Positions 33,184 to 35,031 of a stretch of DNA of 35,031 bases are shown one piece after another (the first letter of the stretch is position 1; every line of letters begins with the position of its first letter). A program made the translations under genes and the position numbers. The stretch covers positions 1-35,031 of the forward strand of contig JANYLL010000084.1 in assembly GCA_025357895.1 (NCBI GenBank), written 5' to 3'. This stretch comes from Ignavibacteriota bacterium (GTDB lineage: Bacteria; Bacteroidota; Ignavibacteria; Palsa-1295). The notes under the pieces are model-generated. The model did no database searches. It had not been told where the DNA came from and saw only the letters and a list, made by a program, of their open reading frames with translations.

Positions 33184-35031
33184 ATGATCGCACTCGAACA
33201 TCTTGCAGTACAATTCGGCGGAAAGTATCTTTTCCGCGATGTGACCTTTACTATCCGAATCGGTGATCGCGTCGGGCTTATCGGTCCTAATGGCGCTGGT
33301 AAATCCACGATGATGAAGATCATTGCCGGTTTTCAGAGTCCAGAAGAAGGCGAAGTCCAGATTCCTCGTGATTATACACTTGGTTATCTGCCTCAGGAGC
33401 CAACGCTTGAAGAAGGAGCATTAGACCGTAGCATTCTGGCTGAAGCACTTCGTTCGAAAGAAGACCTGCTGGCAATTACTGAAGAACTTGAAGTTGTTCA
33501 GCAGGCATTAACTGATGATTCTGACGACCATGAATCACAGGCATATCATGACTTGCTCGATAGATTCGGAGAGCTTCATCATAAATTTGAAGATTTAGGT
33601 GGATTCACCATAGAGGCAGAATCTGCAAAGGTCCTAGCCGGACTTGGATTTACTGAAAAAGATTTCGAACGACCGCTTCGTGAATTCTCAGGAGGCTGGC
33701 AGATGAGAGTTTTGCTTGCAAAGCAGCTCATAAAACGACCTGATATACTTCTTCTTGATGAACCGACAAACCATCTTGATCTTGAGAGTATGATGTGGCT
33801 TGAAGAATTCCTAAACGGCTACGAAGGTTCAATGCTGCTTATTTCGCATGACAGAAAATTTTTGAATGATGTTACGGGGAGAACTGCTGAGATTTCTCCT
33901 GGCGGCAAATGCGAAGTTTTCCCTGGCAATTACGACTATTACGAAAAAGCCAAAGCCGAACGCGAAGCATTGCTTGAAGCGCAATCGGCAACTCTTGATC
34001 TAAGAAGAAAAGAACTTGAGAGATTCGTCGAGCGATTCAAATCGAAGGCTTCGAAAGCTAAGCAGGCGCAGTCCCGCGTAAAAATGCTTGAGCGTATGGA
34101 GCGCGTTGAACTTGCTTCAAAAGCTCCGAGTGTTCACTTCTCCTTCCCTACTGCTCAGCAATCCGGGCGAACTCCATTCGAAATCGAGGATGCAGCAAAG
34201 AGCTATGACGGAGTTCGTGATATTTTTTCTCATTGCGATCTTCGCATTGAGCGCGGCGAACGAATTGCCTTCCTCGGAAAAAATGGCGAGGGAAAAACGA
34301 CGATGGGTAAAATTCTCGCTGGCTCCGAAGAATTTACAAAAGGCGCATTAAAGTTAGGGCATAACGTGACCATCGGATATTATGCTCAGCATCAGGCTGA
34401 TGATCTTGATCCGAAACTTACAGTACTTGAAACAGTTGATTCACTTGCCAGAGCTTCCTTCTTCAATGGTGGCGAAAAAAATGGCATCAATTATACTGAA
34501 GGTCAGCTTCGCAGTTTGCTTGGCGCATTCTTATTCCGCGGCGATGATGTTTTTAAGCAGGTACGAGTCTTATCCGGCGGTGAGAAATCACGCCTTGCAA
34601 TTGCCAAGATGTTACTTGAGCCTTGCAATACCCTCATCCTCGATGAGCCAACGAACCATCTTGACATGCGTTCGAAGGAAGTATTGAAACAGGCTATCAT
34701 GGCATTCGAGGGTACGGTAATTGTTATCAGCCATGATCGCGATTTCCTTGAAGATCTTGTTGAGCGCATCATTACTTTTGGTAAAGGCGTAGTTAAAGAT
34801 TATATGGGTTCGCTTGAGCAATATCTCGATGAACTCCATGAGACAGAGCTTGCACGCATCAGAGGAAAGAAAACATTTAAAGATGAAAAGCCAAAACAGC
34901 AAGTTATTGAGAAAAATGAACCGGCAAAAAACGGCAAAGAAGATAAGCGCTCAAAAGCAGAGAATCGTAATGCCAATTCCCAAAAGGAAAAACCTCTGAG
35001 AAATAAGATCAAAAAGATCGAAGATGAAATT
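33184..35031 (+). CDS. ABC-F family ATPase (two ABC domains, no TM domain) with a Lys-rich C-terminal extension; 3' end cut by the window edge
   Basis: I translated frame 1 by hand from the ATG at 33184 and it stays open to base 35031. It is absent from the ORF track because no stop falls inside the window. Domain 1 has GPNGAGKST, LSGGWQMRVLLAKQL and LLLDEPTNHLD. Domain 2 has GKNGEGKTT, LSGGEKSRLAIAKML and LILDEPTNHLD. The tail is K/E-rich. Confidence 0.9.
   Translation, partial: MIALEHLAVQFGGKYLFRDVTFTIRIGDRVGLIGPNGAGKSTMMKIIAGFQSPEEGEVQIPRDYTLGYLPQEPTLEEGALDRSILAEALRSKEDLLAITEELEVVQQALTDDSDDHESQAYHDLLDRFGELHHKFEDLGGFTIEAESAKVLAGLGFTEKDFERPLREFSGGWQMRVLLAKQLIKRPDILLLDEPTNHLDLESMMWLEEFLNGYEGSMLLISHDRKFLNDVTGRTAEISPGGKCEVFPGNYDYYEKAKAEREALLEAQSATLDLRRKELERFVERFKSKASKAKQAQSRVKMLERMERVELASKAPSVHFSFPTAQQSGRTPFEIEDAAKSYDGVRDIFSHCDLRIERGERIAFLGKNGEGKTTMGKILAGSEEFTKGALKLGHNVTIGYYAQHQADDLDPKLTVLETVDSLARASFFNGGEKNGINYTEGQLRSLLGAFLFRGDDVFKQVRVLSGGEKSRLAIAKMLLEPCNTLILDEPTNHLDMRSKEVLKQAIMAFEGTVIVISHDRDFLEDLVERIITFGKGVVKDYMGSLEQYLDELHETELARIRGKKTFKDEKPKQQVIEKNEPAKNGKEDKRSKAENRNANSQKEKPLRNKIKKIEDEI

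Noticed and set aside
34088-35012. Six ORF-track entries of 61-101 aa on both strands near the 3' end of the window
   Set aside because: Frame 1 from 33184 is continuously open and encodes a complete two-domain ABC-F ATPase. The listed ORFs are off-frame or antisense artefacts. They appear only because the real gene lacks a stop inside the window.
1-35031. CRISPR arrays, long tandem or dispersed repeats, IS elements, prophage or defence-island genes
   Set aside because: Reading every intergenic spacer (all under 300 nt) and the ORF translations revealed no repeat-spacer arrays and no transposase, integrase, RT, nuclease-toxin or phage structural signatures. Only the short elements listed above were seen. 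A by-eye scan cannot exclude diverged repeats hidden inside coding sequence.

Overview
AT-rich chromosomal window, almost fully coding, with no transposase, integrase, phage, reverse transcriptase or CRISPR signal visible. Two secreted proteins end in type IX secretion (T9SS) C-terminal sorting domains and most genes lack a Shine-Dalgarno. Both point to the FCB group (Bacteroidota / Ignavibacteriota-like); this is inference, not an identification. Clearly recognisable genes are a 5'-truncated UvrD/AddA-type helicase-nuclease, sdhA/frdA flavoprotein, a CDF metal transporter, tRNA-Leu(CAG), a fatty-acid-desaturase-family protein, speA, smc, an RmlD-like reductase, fusA, a DUF421 membrane protein and an ABC-F ATPase. 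The ABC-F gene (33184 to window end) has no stop in the window and is therefore missing from the ORF track. The least explainable locus is a translationally coupled minus-strand pair at 24699-32902. It encodes a 1980-aa signal-peptide protein that I cannot place in any family, followed by a 754-aa protein of six FN3-like modules. Neither has a T9SS sorting domain, unlike the other exported proteins here. Secondary oddities are an sdhA with no sdhB/sdhC neighbour that is coupled to a small beta-barrel-like protein, a CDF transporter with a triplicated cytoplasmic domain, a HisA/HisF-fold protein lacking both catalytic Asp residues, a helicase-nuclease with a four-Cys Cas4/AddB-like signature, and a stand-alone fusA. 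All functional calls come from motif recognition by eye; no database search was run.
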